DNA of 49,405 nucleotides from Candidatus Stahliibacteriota bacterium (GTDB lineage Bacteria > Hydrothermota > Tepidihabitantia > SM23-42), in contig JAUWGT010000001.1 in the NCBI GenBank assembly GCA_030606265.1, positions 1-49,405 on the forward strand, read 5' to 3'. How positions within the stretch are numbered: position 1 is the first letter of the stretch; each line of letters opens with the position of its first letter. Below are positions 1 through 8,700 of the stretch, piece after piece. The notes under the pieces were generated by a model that saw nothing but the letters and a program-made list of their open reading frames with translations, searched no databases and was not told the origin of the DNA. The translations under genes were made by a program, and so were the position numbers.

Positions 1-283
1 CAAGCTTGCGTCGTGCATATTCAGGACCGAATTCGATTACCGGAGAAAATAGCCAATTATTCTTTGCTAAACCAATGGACAAACCATAAAAGTACAGACT
101 ATAAGCTGAATTCTCAACTGAGAAATAGGATGTTCGAGCACCTATACTTAGATCTGCTAAGCGGAAATGGCGATTGATATGTAGTGAAAATGCAGCGCCT
201 GAATTCAAATCTTTGAACCCGACCGCCGGCATATTATAACCACCTTCAAAGCCCACTGATAGGGTAATTAGAAAAAATATCAT
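1..283 (-). CDS. putative outer-membrane beta-barrel protein, N-terminal fragment (gene runs off the left edge)
   Basis: Absent from the ORF track because it is edge-truncated. A reverse-strand ATG at 283 (alternative TTG at 316 next to GGAGG) opens an uninterrupted frame to position 1: MIFFLITLSVGFEGGYNMPAVGFKDLNSGAAFSLHINRHFRLADLSIGARTSYFSVENSAYSLYFYGLSIGL... It has a hydrophobic leader followed by an alternating beta-strand-like pattern. Confidence 0.35.
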   Translation of the reverse strand, partial: MIFFLITLSVGFEGGYNMPAVGFKDLNSGAAFSLHINRHFRLADLSIGARTSYFSVENSAYSLYFYGLSIGLAKNNWLFSPVIEFGPEYARRKL

Positions 284-329
284 GCTTAATAGTATATGTA
301 TTGATTTGAATGTCAAGCCTCCATGATAA

Positions 330-720
330 AATATGTAACGGAGTATGGGAGTAACGGAGTATCGGAGCTAGTATGTAGTCGTCTGATTTATCAGACAATG
401 CTCGATGAATCGAGCAACTACCAAGAACCAAGCTCTCCCGCTTTGCGGGATCTTCGATTCACCGTGATTAATAATTTCATATGAAAAATCGGGATAAATA
501 TCGGAGCATGCATTGAGCGCTGATAATTCTCTGTTATGTCTTTGCGAGCGAACGCAGGGAGCGCGGCAATCTCCAGAGATTGCTTCGTCCCCTTCGACAA
601 GCTCAGGGTTCTCGCAATGACATCCAACGTTCAAAGTTCCAATTTTTTGGTTCTTGGAGCTTGGGATTTGGGGTTTTTCTTCTGTACTAGTTGACTTGCT
701 CACATTGACGATTATAATTC
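330..720. repeat. intergenic mosaic of short repeat modules (modules A, D, E; see findings)
   Basis: Module A (tgtagtcgtctgatttatcagacaatgctcgatgaatcgagcaactac) lies at 374-421. A 131-bp module D copy at 491-631 is the reverse complement of 33291-33421. The gtaacggagtatgggagtaacggagtatcggag motif recurs at 1815-1850. Confidence 0.85.
691..718 (+). promoter_or_regulatory. sigma-70 promoter abutting the adh start codon (leaderless geometry)
   Basis: TTGACT (691-696), 16-nt spacer, TATAAT (713-718), then 5 nt (tcccc) to the ATG at 724. No Shine-Dalgarno. Confidence 0.6.
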
Positions 721-723
721 CCC

Positions 724-1719
724 ATGAAGGCAATGATACTGGAAAAACAACAACCTTTGGAAGAAAACCCGCTAAAAATGGTTGAAGTTCCGACACCTGA
801 ACCTGGTCAAGATGAAATACGAATAAAAGTCAATATTTGCGGCGCCTGTCGGACTGATCTCCATATTATTGAAGGCGAACTTCCTGCCCACAAATTGCCG
901 CTTATCCTCGGCCATCAAATCGTCGGTACTGTGGACAAACTCGGCAGCAAGGTAACCCAATGGAATCTCGGTGAGCGTGTCGGCGTGCCCTGGCTTTTTA
1001 AAACATGCGGCAAGTGCGAATTCTGCAAATCAGGCAAAGAGAATTTATGTAACAATGCAATGTTTACTGGTTATGATGCAAACGGTGGTTTTGCCGAATT
1101 TATGGTGATATCAGGGGATTTCGCCTATAAGTTACCAGACAGCTATTCAGACCTCGAAGCCGCGCCCCTGCTCTGCGGCGGAGTCATTGGATATCAAGCA
1201 TTTCAGGCAACCGGTCTAAAGAATCATGGTAAACTTGGTTTATTCGGCTTTGGCTCTTCAGCTCATGTCATAATACAGGTTGCAATCCACCTCGGTCTTG
1301 AAGTCTACGTTGTTTCAAGAACCCAGAAGGAACTGGACTTGGCTAGACAACTCGGGGCTACATGGATCGGAAAGATTGACGATGATATGGAGACTCTACT
1401 CGATGCCGGCATTGTCTTTGCGCCGAGTGGTGAATTATTAGTGCGCTCCCTTGAGAGAATTGAAAAAGGCGGGCGCATTGTATCAGCCGGTATTTACACA
1501 ACCCCTTTGCCAGGTTTTGACTATTCTCTTATCTGGCCAGAGAAATGTCTTTGTTCTATTGCCAATACTTCGAGGGATAATGTCCGTTCTTTTCTTAAGA
1601 TCGCCGGTGAATTCAAGATAAGGACTCAAGTCAATAAATACCCATTGTTTGATATTAACCAGGCTTTGTTGAATATAAAGAATTCGAAAGTGTCAGGTTC
1701 GACAATACTTGTGATCTGA
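724..1719 (+). CDS. adh: zinc-dependent alcohol dehydrogenase (medium-chain dehydrogenase/reductase family)
   Basis: 331 aa. Contains GHQIVGTV catalytic-Zn region, structural Zn cluster CGKCEFCKSGKENLC, and nucleotide-binding GLFGFGSSAH. Confidence 0.9.
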   Translation: MKAMILEKQQPLEENPLKMVEVPTPEPGQDEIRIKVNICGACRTDLHIIEGELPAHKLPLILGHQIVGTVDKLGSKVTQWNLGERVGVPWLFKTCGKCEFCKSGKENLCNNAMFTGYDANGGFAEFMVISGDFAYKLPDSYSDLEAAPLLCGGVIGYQAFQATGLKNHGKLGLFGFGSSAHVIIQVAIHLGLEVYVVSRTQKELDLARQLGATWIGKIDDDMETLLDAGIVFAPSGELLVRSLERIEKGGRIVSAGIYTTPLPGFDYSLIWPEKCLCSIANTSRDNVRSFLKIAGEFKIRTQVNKYPLFDINQALLNIKNSKVSGSTILVI

Positions 1720-1721
1720 CC

Positions 1722-2170
1722 CACACAATGTATTGAATCGAGCAACTACCAGGAACCAAGCTACAAGAGCGTAAGGCGTAGAGAGTACGGCGTAAAGCGC
1801 AGGGAGTAAATATTGTATCGGAGTATGGGTGTAACGGAGTATCGGAGTTAGTATGTAGTCGTCTGATTTATCAGACAATGCTCGATGAATCCCGCAATCC
1901 CATTTGTGGAATTATAATACGAAGCGGGATGAATCGAGCAACTACACTTTAGTCGTTCCGGTAAACCGCGAATTCACGAAACGGAACACGATTTTACTAT
2001 ATATCATAATCCAAAATGATAAATCCCGCAATCCTATTTGTAGAATTATAATACGAAGCGGGATAAATCGGGACAAGCCCCGTTAGAACTAGATATCCGT
2101 ATGTTCTAATTCGTTGATTTATTGGTGATGAAATTCTATTATAAGTTCTAACGGGGTTTGTCCGCTAAGT
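1722..2170. repeat. intergenic mosaic of repeat modules (A interrupted by B, a second B copy, module C inverted-repeat unit)
   Basis: Module A runs 1854-1890 and 1935-1947 and is split by a 44-bp insert. A second B copy lies at 2025-2068. The 2071-2163 unit is bounded by 20-bp inverted repeats ggacaagccccgttagaact / agttctaacggggtttgtcc (19/20). Confidence 0.85.
1891..1934. mobile_element. 44-bp hairpin element (module B) inserted inside a module A repeat, flanked by direct GATGAAT
   Basis: The intact module A at 374-421 reads ...ctcgatgaatcgagcaactac. At 1881-1947 the same sequence is split: ctcgatgaat[cccgcaatcccatttgtggaattataatacgaagcgggatgaat]cgagcaactac. Three more 44-bp copies lie at 2025-2068, 40801-40844 and 44618-44661, each between direct GATAAAT 7-mers. 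Confidence 0.6.
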
Positions 2171-2198
2171 TATGTGGAGGAAGTCGAGAAGTTATCAT

Positions 2199-2227
2199 AA
2201 AAAAAGCGGGACCAAAAAGGTCCCGCT
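2199..2227 (-). terminator. rho-independent terminator of the 2247-3374 gene
   Basis: Stem agcgggacc / ggtcccgct with loop aaaaa. The A7 run on the plus strand gives a U-tract on the minus-strand transcript, 20 nt past the stop. Confidence 0.7.
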
Positions 2228-2246
2228 TTCAATACTGCTATAGCAT

Positions 2247-3374
2247 CTATTTTACAACAACGATATTTTTTGAGCACGCTAAACTGCCGCAAGTTAACCT
2301 TACAAAATAGACGCCATTGGGTACGTCAATCCCTCTTGTATCCCGGCCATTCCATGTAACTGTATATGAACCGGCATGTTTGTATTCATCAACGAGTGTA
2401 ATTACTGATTGTCCAACTCTATTATAAACCTGCATCTTAACATCACCAGCGATCGGTGTGATATAGCTGATCAAAGCAGATCTCACAACAGGATCCGGTG
2501 CGATGTTGAGCTGTAGCACACGTGCTGGATCCTGTCCTGGTTTTTCATAGATACCCAATACTCCAAAGGCATCGAGCATACCATAAACCATTGATTCCTG
2601 CTGATCCGGTGGTGTGCAGGTTCTAAGATCCAATGCCCAGAATGCCGTTATCCAGTCACCAGCCCCAGGATAGAAAATTCCCACAACCTTACTGGAATCT
2701 GTATCCTCTAAAACACCATGTGCCGAGGCATCAGGTATAAGCTCATCCTGGAAAAAGGGGTTTGATGTATAGTCAGGAACATCAAGGCAGGCAAAGCCAG
2801 CGATTTCAGCGAGCCCCTGTACGTTCACTTGAGGACATTCCCAATAATAATCCTGGTTTGCCGAAGCTAAGTGGAAATAGACTGTCATCCAACCCATAGG
2901 CACACCACTCCATAGCGCATCCTGTCCAATGAGCCAGACCTTACCGCCATTATCCATATATGTAGCCAGGTTATTCTGGTCATTCGGGGTCAGACCTGCT
3001 GTATCTGACCACCAGTAATCATACATATTCCAGATCACAAGCTCGTAATTCATCATCGTATCGAGAGACGGGCCATCTTCTATATGAGAAGTCGTTGTGA
3101 ACCAACCATAGTTATCGGCACCAAGGATCGAGGTGAGCAACCCGTCCCATACTGGATCAGGTTGAATAGGCGGTCCGAATGTACCGTTAAGGTCTTCAAC
3201 AAACAACACACCACCCTGACGTAGGGATGGAGTATATGGTGTCGGACCCGGATTATCGATCCTCTGCATTGATCTGTTTTGATCATTCCCTGCTCGAGAA
3301 AGAGGATTTGCAAAACAGAGTGACAATGACGCAACACATGCCATTATTACGAATATCTTTATTGAATGTTTCAT
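2247..3374 (-). CDS. secreted protein of unknown function with a C-terminal T9SS-type (Por secretion tail / FlgD-Ig-like) sorting domain
   Basis: I prefer the ATG at 3374 (AAGGAG 7 nt upstream; MKHSIKIFVIMACVASLSLCFA signal peptide) over the track's TTG at 3395. The C-terminus ...YTVTWNGRDTRGIDVPNGVYFVRLTCGSLACSKNIVVVK is typical of T9SS C-terminal domains. Confidence 0.75.
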   Translation of the reverse strand: MKHSIKIFVIMACVASLSLCFANPLSRAGNDQNRSMQRIDNPGPTPYTPSLRQGGVLFVEDLNGTFGPPIQPDPVWDGLLTSILGADNYGWFTTTSHIEDGPSLDTMMNYELVIWNMYDYWWSDTAGLTPNDQNNLATYMDNGGKVWLIGQDALWSGVPMGWMTVYFHLASANQDYYWECPQVNVQGLAEIAGFACLDVPDYTSNPFFQDELIPDASAHGVLEDTDSSKVVGIFYPGAGDWITAFWALDLRTCTPPDQQESMVYGMLDAFGVLGIYEKPGQDPARVLQLNIAPDPVVRSALISYITPIAGDVKMQVYNRVGQSVITLVDEYKHAGSYTVTWNGRDTRGIDVPNGVYFVRLTCGSLACSKNIVVVK

Positions 3375-3535
3375 AGAAACTCCTTTCAGCCTCAAGGCCT
3401 ATATTATTATAAACAAAATCGCCTTTCTGTCAAGGACTATTTTATAGTCGAACATTTTATGATGAGTCATCGCTGAAATATCAATGCCATGTCTCGATTC
3501 TAATCGTAAACCCCTGGCAATCAATGTCCAATGTC

Positions 3536-3811
3536 GAGGGCGTGTTGCCCAAATCCTTATTTGTCATTGCGAGTCCCGACCGTCTATATGTATAGCGGGC
3601 GGGATGTGGTTCCGTTTCACGAGAATCCTCGCAAAGCGGGACAATCTCATTATTTTTCATGAGATGACGCAGCCTGTTCCGAGCGCAGTAAGGAATCTTG
3701 CTCCTTCCGCCATACAAAAAGGCGGACATCTCGTTATACTCGATATTTTCAACAGGCGTAATGATACTCTAGCGTTATATAAACCTGAATTTGATTTAGG
3801 CAACACGCCCT
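3536..3811. repeat. 276-bp unit bounded by 20-bp terminal inverted repeats (MITE-like), containing module D-type sequence
   Basis: gagggcgtgttgcccaaatc (3536-3555) matches gatttaggcaacacgccctc (3792-3811) at 19/20 as an inverted repeat. The interior 3597-3650 recurs as a reverse complement at 40747-40795. Confidence 0.7.
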
Positions 3812-3854
3812 CAAGATGTGACCCCTTTACTCGCTTAGTACAAAATTGGTGGCT

Positions 3855-4958
3855 TCAGCTTTTCTTTATGATAATATTGCGTTTTTTTAACTCGGTTTTT
3901 ATATACCTACACAGCTTTTTGTCCATACCTAAATACTCGGGCGGAATAACCCCAAAATGCTCATAATTCTTTATGCACTGTGCAATAACAGAACCAGTAT
4001 ATGCGGTCATCCGCGCCATCGAAGTAATATCCTTTTTCTTATCGTAATAATCAATGCAAGTGAATTTCCTCTTCTTACTGCCCTTTTTGATTTCGATTAT
4101 CAGTACTGATAGATCCTCTTTATCACCACCCATTAGAATATTTCTGAGGTACTCGATGTTTACGTCTTTTATGCTGACCAATCTTTTTCTGTAGCGAACC
4201 GATTGTTCTAAGAAAAAACCGCAGTCTATAAGCGTCTTAAACAGCTGCGCGTGCCCTGGGTATCTTATGGTCTTCTCTTCCATGTTTTTTACATGCTTCA
4301 ATGTCTTCAAAAGGGTACGCAGACCGTCGGTGTAAAAACACTCAAGCTGACCTATTTTTGGCATAGAGAACTCCTCAACACCGCTCAATGCCTGGACCGT
4401 AATCAGCTCTCTGTTTTTCACAATCTTTGATGGTCTGGTATATTCCTCGATAACATCGGCAAGCGACCAGGTCACGTGGTAATTAAATGGAGGTTCTGGC
4501 TTCTGGGGTATACCACCCACCGAAATCCTGAGGCTATCGATCCCCTTGAATTCCTGGTAAGTTTCACCAATAAGAACATTGCTTAAACCCGGAGCAAAAC
4601 CAGCATCCGGGACGATCCTGATATTTTCCAGTTCGGCTCTCTCATGTAATAAAAAGGGGTCCTCTGGAGAATAAGATAAATCGACAAGATCAACACCGGC
4701 TCTTATCGCACAATCCATGGTGTAGAACCCCATTGCCGCAGGCAAAGCACCAACAACAACATCAAAGGGTTTAATCAACCTGATGAACTTTACCTTGTTC
4801 GTTACATTGAATTCCCGAGCAGTAAGCGCAGTGGTTTTCTTCAATTTCCGGAGGAAATTTATATTGTTATCCAGTACTGTAACCGCGTGTCCTGATTGCG
4901 CCAAATCTTGAGCTACCACACTACCTTGCATACCGGCACCAACAACACAGATATTCAT
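3855..4958 (-). CDS. saccharopine dehydrogenase family NAD(P)-binding oxidoreductase
   Basis: 367 aa. N-terminal Rossmann MNICVVGAGMQGSVVAQDL. Length and layout fit the saccharopine/homospermidine-type dehydrogenase family. Substrate is not assignable. Confidence 0.7.
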   Translation of the reverse strand: MNICVVGAGMQGSVVAQDLAQSGHAVTVLDNNINFLRKLKKTTALTAREFNVTNKVKFIRLIKPFDVVVGALPAAMGFYTMDCAIRAGVDLVDLSYSPEDPFLLHERAELENIRIVPDAGFAPGLSNVLIGETYQEFKGIDSLRISVGGIPQKPEPPFNYHVTWSLADVIEEYTRPSKIVKNRELITVQALSGVEEFSMPKIGQLECFYTDGLRTLLKTLKHVKNMEEKTIRYPGHAQLFKTLIDCGFFLEQSVRYRKRLVSIKDVNIEYLRNILMGGDKEDLSVLIIEIKKGSKKRKFTCIDYYDKKKDITSMARMTAYTGSVIAQCIKNYEHFGVIPPEYLGMDKKLCRYIKTELKKRNIIIKKS

Positions 4959-4963
4959 ACTGT

Positions 4964-4991
4964 ATTATAGCTATTTTTACGGAAAAAGCAA
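4964..4991 (-). promoter_or_regulatory. sigma-70 promoter abutting the start codon (leaderless geometry)
   Basis: Minus strand: TTGCTT (4991-4986), 16 nt, TATAAT (4969-4964), then 5 nt (ACAGT) to the ATG at 4958. No SD. Confidence 0.55.
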
Positions 4992-5244
4992 GAAGTTATT
5001 AAGTAAGGGTAAGATGGGATCAAATCTCAACAGGGTGACCGAGAATGCCGAAATCTTTTGGAGTAGAGCCTTTAGGCTCGTTATAAGCGGATAAAAACTC
5101 CTGAAATTTCATCTATTTTTTAACGCAGACCAAGGTCTGCTACTCCATCTTTAAAGTCCTTGGTCAGCTTGTCAACATTCAACATTTTCTAATGTTCTTA
5201 CGTTGTAGATTAACATAGTTGATTTTTGATTTCGATGTTGACAA

Positions 5245-5715
5245 TTGACCCCACATAATCGAGGTGGGAGCGACTTTCCAGTCGCGATAACGGTTGTATT
5301 ATCTCCTATTCTCCCCGTCTCCCTTACTTCAATACCCAGTTATGCGCCATTATTTATTTACTTTTTCGCCTTACGCTCTACGCCCTACTCCATACTCTCT
5401 ACTCTCTTGTCTCCGTTTCCCCGATACTGTCTATTCAGTTTTTTTTGTAGTTGCCCGATTCATCCCCGCACCGCAGTGCCAAACCCGCTACGAACCTGTC
5501 TTGAGCTCTGTCGAGAGAGTAGCCATACCTCTTGTCTCCCTACGCCCTACTCCTTACTCTCTACTCTCTTGTCTCCGTTTCCCCGATACTCTGCAAACGG
5601 GGTTGACCCCGTTAGAGAATACTTTATCAATCTACTCAAATACCCAATACTGTAAAATCCCTTATTTCTGCTGATAGGATTAAGTAAAACTTAACGTTGG
5701 TATTCTCTAACGGGG
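5245..5715. repeat. intergenic mosaic of repeat modules (E-type ctactc/ccgttt motifs, A fragment, C-type inverted repeats)
   Basis: tctactctcttgtctccgtttccccgatact occurs twice (about 5396-5428 and 5558-5590). A perfect 16-bp inverted repeat ccccgttagagaatac (5607-5622) / gtattctctaacgggg (5700-5715) flanks 77 bp. Confidence 0.8.
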
Positions 5716-5743
5716 TTGACAAAATTAAAAACTTACATAGACT
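5716..5743 (+). promoter_or_regulatory. sigma-70 promoter abutting the start of the kinase-activator gene (leaderless geometry)
   Basis: TTGACA (5716-5721), 16 nt, TAGACT (5738-5743), then 6 nt (tctcat) to the ATG at 5750. No SD. The -35 is contiguous with the repeat motif aacggggTTGACa. Confidence 0.55.
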
Positions 5744-5749
5744 TCTCAT

Positions 5750-8700
5750 ATGCTTTCAAAGGGAAAACGTATACACAAGTATCGTGTCGTCGGGAAACTT
5801 GGAGAGAGTAATTATGCAACCATTTACAAAGTCACATCAGGCACCAGGAAAAATCTGGTTCTTAAAATCGCCCGCAAGAAAACCCATGAGCATAATGATC
5901 TAATTGAGCGTGAATATCAAATCCTCTCGCAATTCAAGCACCCGAATATCGTACCAGTCTATGATTATGACGTAACTGATAATGGCAAGGCATATTTTAC
6001 CCTTGAATATGTCTCAGGAAAACCCATAAATAAATGCTTCAATGATTTCTCAGATGATTTCATTGGCGCAGTAATTCAGGTTATTAATGGTTTGGGTGCA
6101 TTCCACAATAGGGAATTCATTCACAGCGATCTAAAACCAGAGCATATTCTCTATGACCAAAAAGAGAAAAAGGCAGTGCTTATTGATTTTGGGTTTGCCC
6201 AGGCGCGCCTTGCACAAACTGATACAAAACCCCAGAACATAGAACTGGCTGGCACAATCGACTACATGGCGCCTGAAGTCATTAAGGGAATCGGCATTGA
6301 TCAACGCAGTGATATCTATTCACTGGGTGTAATTATCTATGAAACCTTAGCAGGCAAAAAACCAAAAGATCCTTTTGTGCCGATACAGCAAGTACCTGAG
6401 GAGATAAATAATATGCTTGCCAGACTTGTCTCCAATGAACCAATAATAAGACCAACAATCCCCGAGCTCTATCAAATACTCGTCAAATATCTGAAGTCGA
6501 TCAAGATCGAGGTGCCCTCCTATGAAGTACACTTGCCCAATACTGGATTTGTCGAGATGCCCGAGATCATTGATGAATTGCTGACTACAGCAGGCAAAGT
6601 AATTGTGATTAATGGCGATACTGGTACGGGTAAAACAAGGTTATTGCAGGAAATAAAATCCAGGTATTTAAGCAGGGATTTTTCTGTATTATTTCATGCT
6701 GCTCAGGGGCTTACTAATTTTCTTGAAAGTCTGGAGGGTTTTGTCAGCAGCAAGAAAATTGCTTTTTTGAATAAAGAAGATCTATCTGCTGATGATCAGG
6801 CACGTAAGTTCCAGGTATTTGAAGAACTAAATGATTTGCTCATTGCTTTTGCAGAACAAAAAAAGACCGTGATTATTGTCGATGATCTTGACTGCTTGTC
6901 TGATTATCAACTCGGGTTATTCCGTTATATTGGTTACGGTATTCACGGTTCAAGCATATTGATAATTGGTGCTTCAAAAACAGATAGCAGAATCAAGAAC
7001 CTGGGTTTTGATATCATTAAATTGAAGCCTTTTACCCTTGATCAAATACAAGAATTGCTTGAAAAAACCTTTTTCAAGTTTGAGATTGAAAGAAAATCGA
7101 CGGTTCCTAAGGACAGAAGATTCACTAAATGGCTCCTCAAACAGAGTGGCGGTACACCATTGTTCATCGTGGAAATATTGAAAAATCTCCATAAGAACAA
7201 AGTCGTGTATTACAAAGCCAATAAGTGGCTTGTCCAGATGGATGTCCTTGGTAAGACTAAGATACCCTCGAGAATTGAAGACCTTTTGGAAAAACAGCTG
7301 AAAAATCTTGAAAAAGAAGAATTGACCATACTAAAAATCTTAGCCCTTGCACAGTATGCATTAGAGCCCGGCATTATCAGCTCAGTCCTGAAGACAAAGA
7401 GTGAAATCGCGATTGAACGTCTCAAGAATCTGGGTTTATTAAAAGAAAATATCGTGAATAACAGAAGGGTTGTATTTGTTGCAAATAAAATATTCGTTTT
7501 GATAATTGCTCGGTTGATTGAACGTAGTGAAGAGCAACGGCTCTGTAACACTCTCATAAAGGTCTTGGAAACCACACCTGAACACGAGAATTATGTATCA
7601 GTACTTGCTGAGCTGAGTGATAAAGTAGGACATGCTGAAAAAGCATACAAATATTCCCGGAAATCCGCAGATAATGCAGAAAAGATATATGATTATGATT
7701 CGACCGTGAAATATTATGAGAAGATGACCGAATACGTACAACTCATTCATTCAGTAGAATATCCAAGGATTTTGATAAAAATTGCCAAGATAAGCCAAAA
7801 AACAGGCGATAACAAAACAGCACTACAATATTATAATAAGGTTTTAAAACTAGGCGATAAAACGCTGCGGTCAGAAATCTACTCGGGATTGGGCAGGGTT
7901 TATTCTGGAATGGGCAAGCACACAAAGGCGATCAAGAATCTAAGAAAAGCGATGAATCTAATGAAAGAAAAAGAAACCCTGGATTACATAGCAGCAGCAA
8001 ATCGTCTAGTTTATTCTCTATTGTGTTCAAGCAATTTCAAAGAAGCAAAGAGCATATTAGACCAATCACTTGTCTTATCAAAACGGATTAACAATGTCGA
8101 GATGATGGCAGACACGTTTTATTATAAGGCAGTTTATGAATGGTTTAAAGGAGATTTTAACAAGGGCATTGAAAAAGCTAAGCAGTATTTAGAATTCGCA
8201 CAGAAACATAAGTTGTTAGCAAGCTATGCATATGCAGCAAACCTTCTGGGTTCTCTATACAAGCAAAAAAATGATCTGGAACAGGCACAGAGGTATATTG
8301 GAGAAGCAATTGATTGTTTCAGCGAAATGAAATTAATCAACGCTCTGTCGAGTGCATTGAGTCATCAGGCCTTATTTCAATTAGAATACGGGAATCTATC
8401 GATGGCAACGAAATCATTCAAAGATGTGTTAATCCAGGCGCAACAGATTGATAATCGAACCACGCAATATGTGTCTTTGTCAAACCTCGGCAGCATCAGT
8501 AATGATTCAGGAGAATTCAATAAGGCAATAGAATTCTATGAAAAATCGCTCAAAATTGAACCTGATGATGAACTCTCCAGATATGAATTATCTATGATAT
8601 ATTATAGAAAAGGTGAAATAGATAAAGCAAAATCGCAGCTCGAGAAGTTGACAATGAAAACCCAATACCCATTGTATTACATTGGCTTGGCATTGATCAA

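Noticed and set aside
246-796. Track ORFs 246-431(-), 368-796(-) and 418-627(-), including a 142-aa ORF.
   Set aside because: They lie entirely in the repeat mosaic (modules A, D, E). Their peptides (…SDKSDDY…, …VIARTLSLSKGTKQSLEIAALP…) recur wherever the repeats recur. The 368-796 ORF also overlaps the adh promoter and start on the opposite strand.
1693-2086. Track ORFs 1693-1878(-) and 1904-2086(+).
   Set aside because: They are encoded by repeat modules A, B and E. The same peptide words (RIIIRSGINR, SDKSDDYILTPILRY) are produced by other copies. No SD is present.
3481-3966. Track ORFs 3481-3729(-) and 3484-3966(+) (160 aa).
   Set aside because: They span the 276-bp TIR-bounded repeat unit. 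The 160-aa ORF runs antisense into the 3' end of the saccharopine-DH-like gene, and its composition is low-complexity.
5085-5145. Hairpin gcagacc-aa-ggtctgc and a 30-aa minus-strand ORF (MKFQEFLSAYNEPKGSTPKDFGILGHPVEI) upstream of the saccharopine-DH-like gene.
   Set aside because: The hairpin has no U-tract on either strand, the ORF is very short with no SD, and there is no evidence of function.
5245-5903. Track ORFs 5245-5655(+), 5294-5674(+) and 5697-5903(+).
   Set aside because: The first two are overlapping frames across tandem E-type repeat words (PYSLLSTLLSPFPRY appears twice). The third overlaps the kinase gene start out of frame.
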